Assembly (NCBI GenBank): GCA_963664395.2
Contig: OY761159.2
Location: forward strand, 192,001 to 256,000
Source: Candidatus Binatia bacterium
GTDB taxonomy: Bacteria > Desulfobacterota > Binatia > Bin18
Length of the DNA: 64,000 nt
Direction: 5' to 3'
In this document: positions 10,929-19,829 of the stretch, one piece after another
How positions within the stretch are numbered: position 1 is the first letter of the stretch
How the letters are laid out: each line of letters opens with the position of its first letter
The notes under the pieces: model-generated
Databases searched by the model: none
The model's input: the letters and a program-made list of their open reading frames with translations, nothing else
What the model was told of the DNA's origin: nothing
Program-made: the position numbers and the translations under genes

Positions 10929-11075
10929 GAGCACTGACACCCCATTGTCCCTTCACTCAGGTCTGCACATCACTTTCGAGGAATTGTTATGCACCCCCGC
11001 AAGAAAAGAGAGCGCTCCCACGGAGACATATTTCCCCGGTCCCGGCCTTACCCCACTACAGCAAGGAGAAACACC

Positions 11076-11420
11076 ATGGTCAGAAAGAACGCAAAAGGGT
11101 TTACTCTCATCGAACTGCTCGTTGTTGTCACCATCATTGGTATTTTGGCCGCCATTGCCATTCCCCAATTTGCTTCCTACCGTGCTCAGGCTTTTTGCTC
11201 ACGGGTTGAATCGGACGTGAAGAACACCGTCACTGCCCAAGAGGCCGAGTATGCGGATAAGCAGGCATATGACCCTTCGGTGGAGATCGAAAGTGACGGA
11301 GTCACCATCACCGTTACGGATAACACCACCAGCGTCGATGTCGCGGGTACGCACGCGACCTGCACGAAAGGCACGTTTTCTTTCGGCGGCAGCACCGGCA
11401 AGTATACCTGGACTCCCTGA
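11076..11420 (+). CDS. pilA: Type IVa major pilin (short, 106 aa mature)
   Basis: Prepilin site KG|FTLIEL, hydrophobic helix ..AAIAIPQF; RBS AAGGAG before ATG 11076. Confidence 0.9.
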   Translation: MVRKNAKGFTLIELLVVVTIIGILAAIAIPQFASYRAQAFCSRVESDVKNTVTAQEAEYADKQAYDPSVEIESDGVTITVTDNTTSVDVAGTHATCTKGTFSFGGSTGKYTWTP

Positions 11421-11488
11421 TTCTCTCTCCGGTTTTCTCACAAAGGCGGGGAGTGGCGACGCAGGAGGGACTGCCTAGAGCAGACCGG

Positions 11489-12397
11489 TCAACTTCGCGC
11501 TTCAGCCAGGAGCGACCGGGCCTCTGCTGGCTCAAAGGAGTACTGCTCGGCACAGAATTCACACGCGGCCGAGATTCGGCCTTCTTTCTCAAGCAGCTCT
11601 TCTACTTCTTCAGAGCCAAGGGCAACAATAATACCTTGCACACGTTCGCGTGAACAGCGACAGGCAAAGCGAACTGGCATTTCATCCAGGAGCGTCGGAG
11701 AAAAACTGGCTAATACCTGCCTCAAGATTTCCCACGGACCCAGCCCGCCACGCACCATCTGACTGACGGGTCTCGCCTGGGCCACCGCCTCTTCTATGCG
11801 AGCCAGTATCGCGTCATCCGCATCTGGCATGGCTTGGATGATGAAGCCACCGGCAGCAGAGACGACTTCGTCGGACCGAACAAAGACCCCTAAGCTCACC
11901 GCAGAGGGAACTTGTTCAGATGTCAGCAAATAGTGGGCAATATCCTGACCAATTTCTCCTGAGACAATGGGAAGGACGGAACGATAGGGTTCTTTATCCC
12001 AGTGCTGCCGTCGCACGACAGCCAGGGTTCCCGTTCCAACAACGCCGCCAACATCCAACTTGCCATTTTTTATGGGGAGATGCGCCCGGGGCTGATAGAC
12101 AAAACCACGCACTTCTCCTTTCGCATTGGCATCAGTAACCACCCCGTGGAGTGGCCCGTTGCCCATAAACTGAATAGAGAGTTGTTCCTCCTCTTTCATC
12201 ATACTGCCCATGAGTAGTCCCGCGGTCATGACACGTCCGAGAGCGGCAGTCGCCGTAGGAGCAGTCTTATGACGCTCCCGTGCTTCTTCCGCAACACCAG
12301 TAGTCACCACGGCCAGGGCGCGGATGGTGTTGCTGGCAGCCGTTGCCTTTACCAACACATCAGCAGGAATTGAACGATTCATGATGGGGTCAGACAC
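11489..12397 (-). CDS. hslO: Redox-regulated chaperone Hsp33
   Basis: TATAALGR, SEQVPSAVSLGV, AAGGFIIQ, CRC...CEFC zinc motif. Confidence 0.95.
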   Translation of the reverse strand: MSDPIMNRSIPADVLVKATAASNTIRALAVVTTGVAEEARERHKTAPTATAALGRVMTAGLLMGSMMKEEEQLSIQFMGNGPLHGVVTDANAKGEVRGFVYQPRAHLPIKNGKLDVGGVVGTGTLAVVRRQHWDKEPYRSVLPIVSGEIGQDIAHYLLTSEQVPSAVSLGVFVRSDEVVSAAGGFIIQAMPDADDAILARIEEAVAQARPVSQMVRGGLGPWEILRQVLASFSPTLLDEMPVRFACRCSRERVQGIIVALGSEEVEELLEKEGRISAACEFCAEQYSFEPAEARSLLAEARS

Positions 12398-13622
12398 GCA
12401 CGTCTGAGGCGGATCGTCTTTTTTTCTTGGCAGCAGACTGCTGACGGGAATGCACGTCTAACGGAACAGTTTCTACGACCTCAAGTCCGTATCCCGGCAA
12501 GCTCACTAAACGGCGCGGAGAGTTCGTCAAAAGTCGCATCTTGCGGACGCCCAGGTCGCGGAGAATCTGTGCGCCGATGCCATAATCCCGAAAATCCCGC
12601 AACTGAGAACCCGGATTCGTACTCGCCTGCTCCGCGCTTTTGTTGGTGTGTTTATCCGCCCGGCTCGTATCACGGAAGAGTTGCTCTCCCTGGCCTCCTT
12701 GGCGCAAGTAGAGAATGACCCCTTTTCCTTCTGCTGCGATCATTGCCATGGACTGCTGCAGGAGAGCGCTGGTATTGCCGAAGGTATAGCCGAAGACATC
12801 TCCCGGCACATACTCGGCGTGCGGCCGAACGAGCACGGGTTCATCCGGGTTGATCTCGCCCTTGACCAGCACAAAATGCTCGGCCTCATCCACGTCGCTG
12901 GTATAGACGTGGGCCGTGAATTCTCCTCCGTACCGGGTTGGAAGGCGGGCCTCAGCAACATGATGGACCAAGGAATCATGCTCAAGACGATAGTGGATGA
13001 GGTCGGCGATCGTGGCGATTTTCACTCCGTACTCAACGGCAAATTCTTCCAGGTCGGGCAGACGGGCCATCGTCCCGTCCTCTCGCATAATCTCACAAAT
13101 GATCCCGGACGGGTCGAGGCCGGCCAAGCGGGAGAGGTCAACCGAGCCTTCCGTCTGTCCGGTGCGGACCAATACGCCCCCCTTACGGGCGCGCAGCGGG
13201 AACACATGGCCGGGCACGACAAAATCTTCAGGATGAGCGTCCTTGCGGGTGGCCGTCAGAATAGTGGCGGCTCGGTCCTCCGCCGAAACCCCCCGCGTCA
13301 CCCCCCTGCGGGCGTCAAAAGACATGGTGAATGCTGTCCCAAGAGGAGCCGTATTTTTCGCAACCATCATCGGCAGTCCAAGGGCGTCAATGCGCTCCTC
13401 CGCCATGGGCATACAAATCAACCCGCGCCCGTGTTTTGCCATAAAGTTAATGGCTTCGGGCGTCACTTTTTCCGCTGCCATGCACAGATCGCCCTCGTTC
13501 TCCCGATCTTCATCATCCATGAGGATGATCATGCGTCCGGCCCGAATTTCTTCGATCGCTTCCTGGATCGATGCGATATGAGGGCTCTTATGATCGGGAG
13601 CACGCGAAGGGACGGAAAACAT
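12390..13622 (-). CDS. ribB: 3,4-dihydroxy-2-butanone-4-phosphate synthase fused to a degenerate GTP cyclohydrolase II domain (RibBX-type)
   Basis: DDEDRENEGD, PGHVFPL, RTGQTEGSVDL; C-terminal RibA-like domain (RDYGIGAQIL) lacks the Zn cysteines. Confidence 0.92.
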   Translation of the reverse strand: MFSVPSRAPDHKSPHIASIQEAIEEIRAGRMIILMDDEDRENEGDLCMAAEKVTPEAINFMAKHGRGLICMPMAEERIDALGLPMMVAKNTAPLGTAFTMSFDARRGVTRGVSAEDRAATILTATRKDAHPEDFVVPGHVFPLRARKGGVLVRTGQTEGSVDLSRLAGLDPSGIICEIMREDGTMARLPDLEEFAVEYGVKIATIADLIHYRLEHDSLVHHVAEARLPTRYGGEFTAHVYTSDVDEAEHFVLVKGEINPDEPVLVRPHAEYVPGDVFGYTFGNTSALLQQSMAMIAAEGKGVILYLRQGGQGEQLFRDTSRADKHTNKSAEQASTNPGSQLRDFRDYGIGAQILRDLGVRKMRLLTNSPRRLVSLPGYGLEVVETVPLDVHSRQQSAAKKKRRSASDVRV

Positions 13623-13874
13623 GACCTGCCTCTCTTCTAGTCGATTCCGATTCTTTTATACGAGCTTATAACTGGTGTCCTGACAATCTGTAAAGTAGCA
13701 AGATTACACTCATAGTATCGTCAAGGCTTGACCGTCCTACAAGGGACAGATAAATAGCATAGACATACTGTCTGCGGAGGGGTGGGCAAAGCTGCTAAGA
13801 GAGGGCTCTGGAACACGTTGAGAAAGGGGAGGCGTGATGCCAGACAGGGCTTCATAACATGAAGGAGAGGGTTC

Positions 13875-14285
13875 ATGCCAAACGTAACAATCCAAGGGCC
13901 GATTGACCTGCGCCAGATCATTATTCGTCGGCCAGAGATGTTCCTCCGCGACCCAGATGGCATTAAACGCGTCAGCGAGTACTATATTAATACCGAGTGC
14001 ACCAAACTACTGCTCGAAGCGCTCGTTATCGAGCCAGATAAAAAACAACAGTTCTTTATCCAGGTGTGCAAAAAGAGTAGCGGGGCGATAGTCCGCCTTG
14101 AACCGATTTCCCAAGTAGAAAAAACGGTTGGAGTCAAGCGCCTCATGGGACAAGTCGCGTTTGCCATCCGTTCACTTTTCCCAGGCGCGCGCTATGCGAA
14201 AACAAACATCGCCGAGCATCTGCCAGACAATGAGGGAATGAAAAATTCCTCACGAGGTGGAAAGAAGCTCCGCGCAGTAGCTTGA
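13875..14285 (+). CDS. Hypothetical protein
   Basis: 136-aa ORF with strong RBS (AAGGAGAGG), occupying an otherwise empty gap; no motif recognised. Confidence 0.65.
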   Translation: MPNVTIQGPIDLRQIIIRRPEMFLRDPDGIKRVSEYYINTECTKLLLEALVIEPDKKQQFFIQVCKKSSGAIVRLEPISQVEKTVGVKRLMGQVAFAIRSLFPGARYAKTNIAEHLPDNEGMKNSSRGGKKLRAVA

Positions 14286-14424
14286 ATCCGTCCTCCTCCC
14301 CCGTATTCCTTTACCAGCCTGTGTCAACCGTAGGGACACCGTGTGTCTCGCGGGCACCCTCGGCCTCCTACCAGAGCCAACCCGCCCCTCTGTCGAGAAA
14401 AGAGGGACAGACTTGATAGACAGA

Positions 14425-15366
14425 CTAGGAGAAGGCAAACCGGCTGCGGGCCCAGGCGGTTAATGCCAAGCCTATTTTAACTGGGGTTGGCAGCGTCACC
14501 CGGCGCTGAAAAACGTTAAACTTTTGCAGTGCAATTCTTTTGAGCAGTCTATGATAAATGAGCCGCATCGCTTCGGCAGCAACCAGGGAGCGGCGATCTT
14601 GACGGTCCAACAAGCTGACCGCCCGGCTATAATACGCCTGTGCGCGTTGGCTCTCGAACGTCATCAGTTTCAGGAATACCGCGTTATACTCATGACCCAG
14701 GAGTTCTTGCTCCGAGTATTCAAACCGAGCCAAGTCTGCAAGCGGTAGGTAAATCCGCTCCCGTTGAGCGTCTTCTCCCACATCACGCAGAATATTCGTC
14801 AGTTGAAACGCGATGCCCAGATTAATGGCGTATTCACGTGCTTGCGGCGACTGGTAGCCGAAAATTTCTATACATACCAAACCGACTAAAGAGGCAACCC
14901 GGTAACAGTACTCATACAGTTCCGAGAACGTCTGGTAGCGAGTCCGGCTGAGATCCATTTCAACGCCGTCAATAATGCCTGCCAGGTGTTCCTGCTGAAT
15001 GGGAAAGCGCCGTACCGCATCAGCCAAGGCGCGCGAAATGGGATGGTGCGGGGCCCCTCCATAGCAGCGGGAGAGTTCCTCTCGCCACGTGTTCAGGAGT
15101 TGGGCGAGTCGCTCTTTTCGACTCTGTGGTTGTCCCTCATCAACGTGGTCCTGGTCTGCGATATCATCCACGAATCGGCAAAAGGCATACAGCGCGCAGA
15201 GAGCATTATGCCGCTCCCAGGTAAGAAGCCGAAAAGCATGATAAAAATTTGACGAGCTGCGTTGCGTAATATGACGGCAATATGCGTACGCATCAGCGAG
15301 TGACCCAGCCTGTGGTGAGGGCACGGCCGCAGGCTGCGCCTGGAATATTTCAGTTTCCTCACCCAT
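14425..15366 (-). CDS. hpnD: Squalene/phytoene synthase family, presqualene diphosphate synthase HpnD-like
   Basis: SSNFYHAF, FCRFVDDIAD, YCYRVAS.VG, FQLTNILRDVGED. Confidence 0.8.
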   Translation of the reverse strand: MGEETEIFQAQPAAVPSPQAGSLADAYAYCRHITQRSSSNFYHAFRLLTWERHNALCALYAFCRFVDDIADQDHVDEGQPQSRKERLAQLLNTWREELSRCYGGAPHHPISRALADAVRRFPIQQEHLAGIIDGVEMDLSRTRYQTFSELYEYCYRVASLVGLVCIEIFGYQSPQAREYAINLGIAFQLTNILRDVGEDAQRERIYLPLADLARFEYSEQELLGHEYNAVFLKLMTFESQRAQAYYSRAVSLLDRQDRRSLVAAEAMRLIYHRLLKRIALQKFNVFQRRVTLPTPVKIGLALTAWARSRFAFS

Positions 15367-15465
15367 CTCGCTCTTCCACCGGCCCATATTCCAGAACTGG
15401 TTCCAGTACTCGGTCAGCACTTATTGTGCGATTACATCTTTACCCAACCGTCATATCTCGTCTGC

Positions 15466-16641
15466 CTAGGCCGCTACTGTCTGTTCAGATATCCCACATA
15501 TCTTTTTCGCCTGTGTTCGTGCCCAGCCATCGGCCTCAAGAACGCTCTCCAGGTCCGTCACTGGTTGAGCATCATGAGACGCAAGGACCTGCTTATTAAT
15601 ATCGGCAATGTCGGTGAAGGCGATCTGGCCGGAAAGAAACAGCGTCACGGATACTTCGTTCGCGGCGTTGAGCACCGCGGGACACGTCCCCCCCCGCTCC
15701 AACGCCGTATAGGCCAAACCCAGACAGGGAAACTTGTCAAAATCCGGTTCGGCAAATTCGAGCCGCGCGACTTCCGCGAGATTCAACGCCGGCAGATGAT
15801 CGAGAGGTAAGCGGTCCGGATAGGCCAAGATGTATGAAATCGGCACGCGCATATCAGGAATGCCCAACTGAGCCAGCACAGAACCATCCACATACTCAAC
15901 CATGGAGTGCACAATACTTTGTGGATGCACGATCACTGACACTTGCGCGGGAGACAGGTTAAAAAGCCAGCGCGATTCAATGACTTCAAGCCCTTTGTTC
16001 ATGAGCGTTGCCGAGTCAATCGTAATTTTATTGCCCATCTTCCAGGTAGGATGCTGCAATGCTTCTTCTATGCGTATGGTCTTAAAGTCCCCGGCCGGGC
16101 GGTGTAAAAATGGCCCGCCGGAGGCGGTCAGAATAATCCGCTTGACGCGGTCTTGTTTGTGTCCATGCAGCGCCTGAAAGATAGCATTATGTTCACTATC
16201 AACAGGAAGGAGCTGCACTCCGTGTTGCGCAGCCTCACGCGTCATGAGTTCGCCGGAAATGACTAAAGCTTCTTTGTTGGCTAAGGCGACATCTTTGCCA
16301 GCCCGTATCGCCGCCAAGGTCGGGGGTAAGCCGATTGCCCCAACAAGGGCGGCCATGACCATATCCGCATCTTCATGCGTCGCAATCGCGTGCAGTCCGT
16401 CTGCGCCCCATACGATATCACCCGCAAACTCGGGCAGCTCCTGACGCAGCTTTTTTGCATCCTCTTCTTGGGAGAGAGAGACCAGCCCAGGCTGGAAAGA
16501 CCTGATTTGTTCGATGAGGGTAGTCAGGTTCTTGCCTGCCGCAAGGGCAACCACACAAAATTTTTCAGGAAAACGTCCAACAATATCGAGAGTCGACACC
16601 CCGATGGAACCGGTCGAGCCAAGAACGGCGATACGCTTCAT
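15466..16641 (-). CDS. dxr: 1-deoxy-D-xylulose-5-phosphate reductoisomerase
   Basis: LGSTGSIG, LANKE, PVDSEH, TIDSATLMNKGLE; GGAG before ATG 16641. Confidence 0.97.
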   Translation of the reverse strand: MKRIAVLGSTGSIGVSTLDIVGRFPEKFCVVALAAGKNLTTLIEQIRSFQPGLVSLSQEEDAKKLRQELPEFAGDIVWGADGLHAIATHEDADMVMAALVGAIGLPPTLAAIRAGKDVALANKEALVISGELMTREAAQHGVQLLPVDSEHNAIFQALHGHKQDRVKRIILTASGGPFLHRPAGDFKTIRIEEALQHPTWKMGNKITIDSATLMNKGLEVIESRWLFNLSPAQVSVIVHPQSIVHSMVEYVDGSVLAQLGIPDMRVPISYILAYPDRLPLDHLPALNLAEVARLEFAEPDFDKFPCLGLAYTALERGGTCPAVLNAANEVSVTLFLSGQIAFTDIADINKQVLASHDAQPVTDLESVLEADGWARTQAKKICGISEQTVAA

Positions 16642-16839
16642 CTTCTCCACCCTCTCCTCTGGTTGCATTTCAGAGTTCTCCCTCAATAACGGGATACTTT
16701 TCTCCATAACCAGCATTCGTACCGAACAGGATGAGGAGCCGTCAAGCTCAGCCTGCTCATACCGCTCTTCCCGCCCTTTTCTCCCGGATCGTTGCCCTTC
16801 TCAAAAACTCTGGTATCGTGGCCCTAGACCGGGGAAAAC

Positions 16840-18132
16840 ATGACTCGACACTTTTATCTTGCCTTTCTTCTTGCGACTACCCTTCTCCTTACTCACTCGC
16901 CAAGTCTGAGCGCAGCACCAAATCGGATCGCCTATATTGATCGCGCCGGTGATCTGTATACCATTCGGCCGGACGGTACAGGCCGCCAGGAAATGGCGTC
17001 CGGAGAAATGCTCCAGCAGGTCAGCTTCGCCCCCCGCCCGGTCCAGCGAGATCGGGACTTTTATAGCTGGCCGGCCTGGTCACCGAACGGACAGCGCCTT
17101 GCCTGCTTTCGAGTTGAGATCATTAGTGGTCAACCAACAGATGGTCTCTATATTTTTGACGCTGCCAGTGCGCGCGTTCTCCATGCCTATAAGGAGCCCG
17201 GTCTACAACCTATCTATGCGTATTGGTCACCCACCAGTCAGCAATTGGGTATCCTGTTGGGCAACCGGAGGCCTTTTTCATTGAACCTCTGGCCGACATT
17301 GAGCGGCCGACGCCCCCAAAGGGTTACCCAAGGTGCGCCCTTTTACTTTAATTGGCGCGCGGATGGACAAGCCGTACTCGCTCATACGGGAAGAAGTCGG
17401 GAAGGAGAAGCCGGCCATTCCGTCAGCGTCGTCGCCATTCCCACGGGCGAACGGCACCTGGTCTCTCGCTCGCCCGCGGCATTCGGACCCCCTTCCTGGT
17501 CCTTTGATGGGAAATGGCTCGCGTATGGCAATACAGTGGAAGGCCAAGAAAAAGCTTCACTTATGATCGCCACCGGCGACGGCAGTCAGCCTGAATCCGT
17601 GGCGCTTGTCCCAGAACGTATTGCCCTCGAATGGTCCCCTACTCACCCCCTTTTAGCTATTGCCACCACGTCCTTTGTCGGAGATCCCCTCTTTGAGGAG
17701 ATTCGCTTATTTGACGTAGCATCAGGAACGCTACAAACCCTTATCAAAGATAATTTCGCCGCCTTTTTCTGGTCCCCGGATGGGACCCGTATCCTGTATG
17801 CCAAACGCAACCTGGATCGCGCGGACTGGACTTGGGTGGTGGTAGATGTACACAGCCGAAAATCCGTTCCAGTGGTCAACTTCATTCCATCTCGTCCCCA
17901 GCTCCTGGTCTTCCAGTATTTTGACCAGTATGCACTTTCGCATCGCCTCTGGTCTCCGGACAGTCGGTTTTTTACTTTCAGCGGACATACAAGCACCAAT
18001 CCTGACCCAGCCCCGGGCTTTCGTCGCCCGTCCGTCTATGTCGTCCCAGTAACGGAAGATGCGGAAGATGCGACAGATGCGACACCACAGCGGCTTTCAG
18101 ATGGCCATATCGCCTTCTGGTCTCCCCACTAA
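16840..18132 (+). CDS. Exported TolB-like/PD40 beta-propeller protein
   Basis: Signal peptide; repeated WSPxG motifs (PAWSPNG, WSPT, WSFDG, WSPDG, WSPD). Confidence 0.75.
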   Translation: MTRHFYLAFLLATTLLLTHSPSLSAAPNRIAYIDRAGDLYTIRPDGTGRQEMASGEMLQQVSFAPRPVQRDRDFYSWPAWSPNGQRLACFRVEIISGQPTDGLYIFDAASARVLHAYKEPGLQPIYAYWSPTSQQLGILLGNRRPFSLNLWPTLSGRRPQRVTQGAPFYFNWRADGQAVLAHTGRSREGEAGHSVSVVAIPTGERHLVSRSPAAFGPPSWSFDGKWLAYGNTVEGQEKASLMIATGDGSQPESVALVPERIALEWSPTHPLLAIATTSFVGDPLFEEIRLFDVASGTLQTLIKDNFAAFFWSPDGTRILYAKRNLDRADWTWVVVDVHSRKSVPVVNFIPSRPQLLVFQYFDQYALSHRLWSPDSRFFTFSGHTSTNPDPAPGFRRPSVYVVPVTEDAEDATDATPQRLSDGHIAFWSPH

Positions 18133-18272
18133 GGACCTCCTTTCCCCACTGACAGGCCTGCTTCGGGCTAAAAGCTGACGAAAAAATAGGCGTTGCTTAA
18201 AATCCAGTCAGCAGAATCATTGCCTCGGGCTCCCCAAACGCAGAGAGATCAAGCAAACAGGGCATTTCTCGG

Positions 18273-18289
18273 TCGGCATTCTTTTTGCC
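18273..18289 (+). promoter_or_regulatory. Sigma-54 (-24/-12) promoter of amtB
   Basis: tcGGcattctttttGCc: GG-N10-GC with exact spacing; weak NtrC-like sites at about 18175-18212. Confidence 0.7.
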
Positions 18290-18383
18290 TATTGTAGGGC
18301 TACCCTCGCCTGCCGTTACCAATCTGGGGCAATCGGTAACGGACATGCTCGTTCTTTGTGCGTGAGGGAAGGAGGAGTCCATA

Positions 18384-19712
18384 GTGAAAATTTTTCGGAA
18401 GACGCAACAATCTATCCTTTTTGGGCTGGGCGCACTGTCGCTCGGTCTACTCAGCATGCTCGGTACAGCCGCGCCGGCTTGGGCCGAGGAAGCAGCAACG
18501 CTCAATAGCGGAGACACCGCCTGGATGATCGTCGCCACGGCGCTGGTGCTCTTCATGACCCTTCCGGGTCTGGCACTGTTCTATGGCGGCCTGGTGAGGA
18601 CAAAGAACGTCCTCTCGGTCCTCGGTCAATGCCTTGCAATGGCCAGCGTCATGACCCTGCTCTGGATCATCTACGGCTACAGCTATGCCGCCACCGATGG
18701 CAACGCAATAATGGGAGACGCCTCCAAGCTCTTCCTCAAGGATCTGACGGTTGACGCCCTCAGTGGCACCATACCCGAGTCGGTCTTCCTGACCTTCCAG
18801 ATGACCTTTGCGATCATCACCCCGGCACTCATCGTTGGAGCCTTTGCCGAGCGTATGAAGTTCAGCGCCATGCTAATTTTCATGATTATCTGGTTCACCT
18901 TCAGCTATATACCGGTCTGGCATATGGCCTGGGGCGGCGGCCTTTTTGCCGGCTGGGGAGTGCTTGATTTTGCCGGCGGTACCGTCGTGCATATCAATGC
19001 CGGTGTCGCCGCGCTGGTTGTCTGCATCATGATCGGCTCGCGCACCGGCTATCCCACAGAGCCCATGCGGCCCCACAGCCTCGTCCTGACCGTTGTCGGA
19101 GCCAGCATGCTCTGGGTGGGCTGGTTTGGCTTCAACGCCGGCAGCGAGTTCGCCGCGGACGGCATCGCCGGCATGGCCCTACTCGTCACCCAGATCTCCA
19201 CTGCCACGGCTGTGGTCGTCTGGATGCTCATCGAGTGGTTCGGGCACGGCAAGCCGAGCATTCTCGGTATGGCGACCGCCGCGGTGGCAGGCCTGGTCGC
19301 CATTACGCCTGCTAGCGGCACAGCCGGCCCTATGGGCGCGATCCTGATCGGCGCCGCCTCGGCCGTCTTCTGCTACCTGGCCGCCACCAAGCTGAAACGG
19401 GCACTCGGCTATGACGACAGCCTCGACGTCTTCAGCGTGCACGGCATCGGTGGAATTGTTGGAGCGCTCCTGACCGGGCTGTGCGCAGCCGAATTTATGG
19501 GCGGCGTTGGTCTCGGCGAAGCGGTGACCGTTACGGCCCAGGTCACCGCACAGGCCAAGGGCATTGGCGTCACCGTCATCTGGAGTGGTGTCGTTTCTGT
19601 TGTCGCCTACCTTGTCGCCAATGCCCTCACCGGAGGGGCTCGCATCAGCGAAGAAGGTGAACAGCAGGGCCTTGACCTGACCGACCACGACGAGAGCGGC
19701 TATATCGCCTGA
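18384..19712 (+). CDS. amtB: Ammonium transporter
   Basis: GDTAW, FQMTFAIIT, DFAGGTVVHINAG, WFGFNAGS, DDSLDVFSVHG. Confidence 0.97.
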   Translation: MKIFRKTQQSILFGLGALSLGLLSMLGTAAPAWAEEAATLNSGDTAWMIVATALVLFMTLPGLALFYGGLVRTKNVLSVLGQCLAMASVMTLLWIIYGYSYAATDGNAIMGDASKLFLKDLTVDALSGTIPESVFLTFQMTFAIITPALIVGAFAERMKFSAMLIFMIIWFTFSYIPVWHMAWGGGLFAGWGVLDFAGGTVVHINAGVAALVVCIMIGSRTGYPTEPMRPHSLVLTVVGASMLWVGWFGFNAGSEFAADGIAGMALLVTQISTATAVVVWMLIEWFGHGKPSILGMATAAVAGLVAITPASGTAGPMGAILIGAASAVFCYLAATKLKRALGYDDSLDVFSVHGIGGIVGALLTGLCAAEFMGGVGLGEAVTVTAQVTAQAKGIGVTVIWSGVVSVVAYLVANALTGGARISEEGEQQGLDLTDHDESGYIA

Positions 19713-19762
19713 GGCGACTGACCGCGGTCAACTGGCATTCGGAGCTATCGATCCTTCAACAC

Positions 19763-19798
19763 ACTCGGGCCGGTCCGGAGCCGGTCCGAGTTTCTTTG
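19763..19798 (+). terminator. Intrinsic terminator after amtB
   Basis: GC hairpin actcgggccgg...ccggtccgagt followed by ttctttg. Confidence 0.6.
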
Positions 19799-19829
19799 AC
19801 CTTTACCCCTCTCTCTAGTGGCCGATACA

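Noticed and set aside
12648-13640. 330-aa plus-strand ORF
   Set aside because: Antisense to ribB; typical shadow ORF of GC-biased codon usage.
13623-13874. FMN riboswitch upstream of ribB
   Set aside because: Core RFN motifs are absent on the minus strand.
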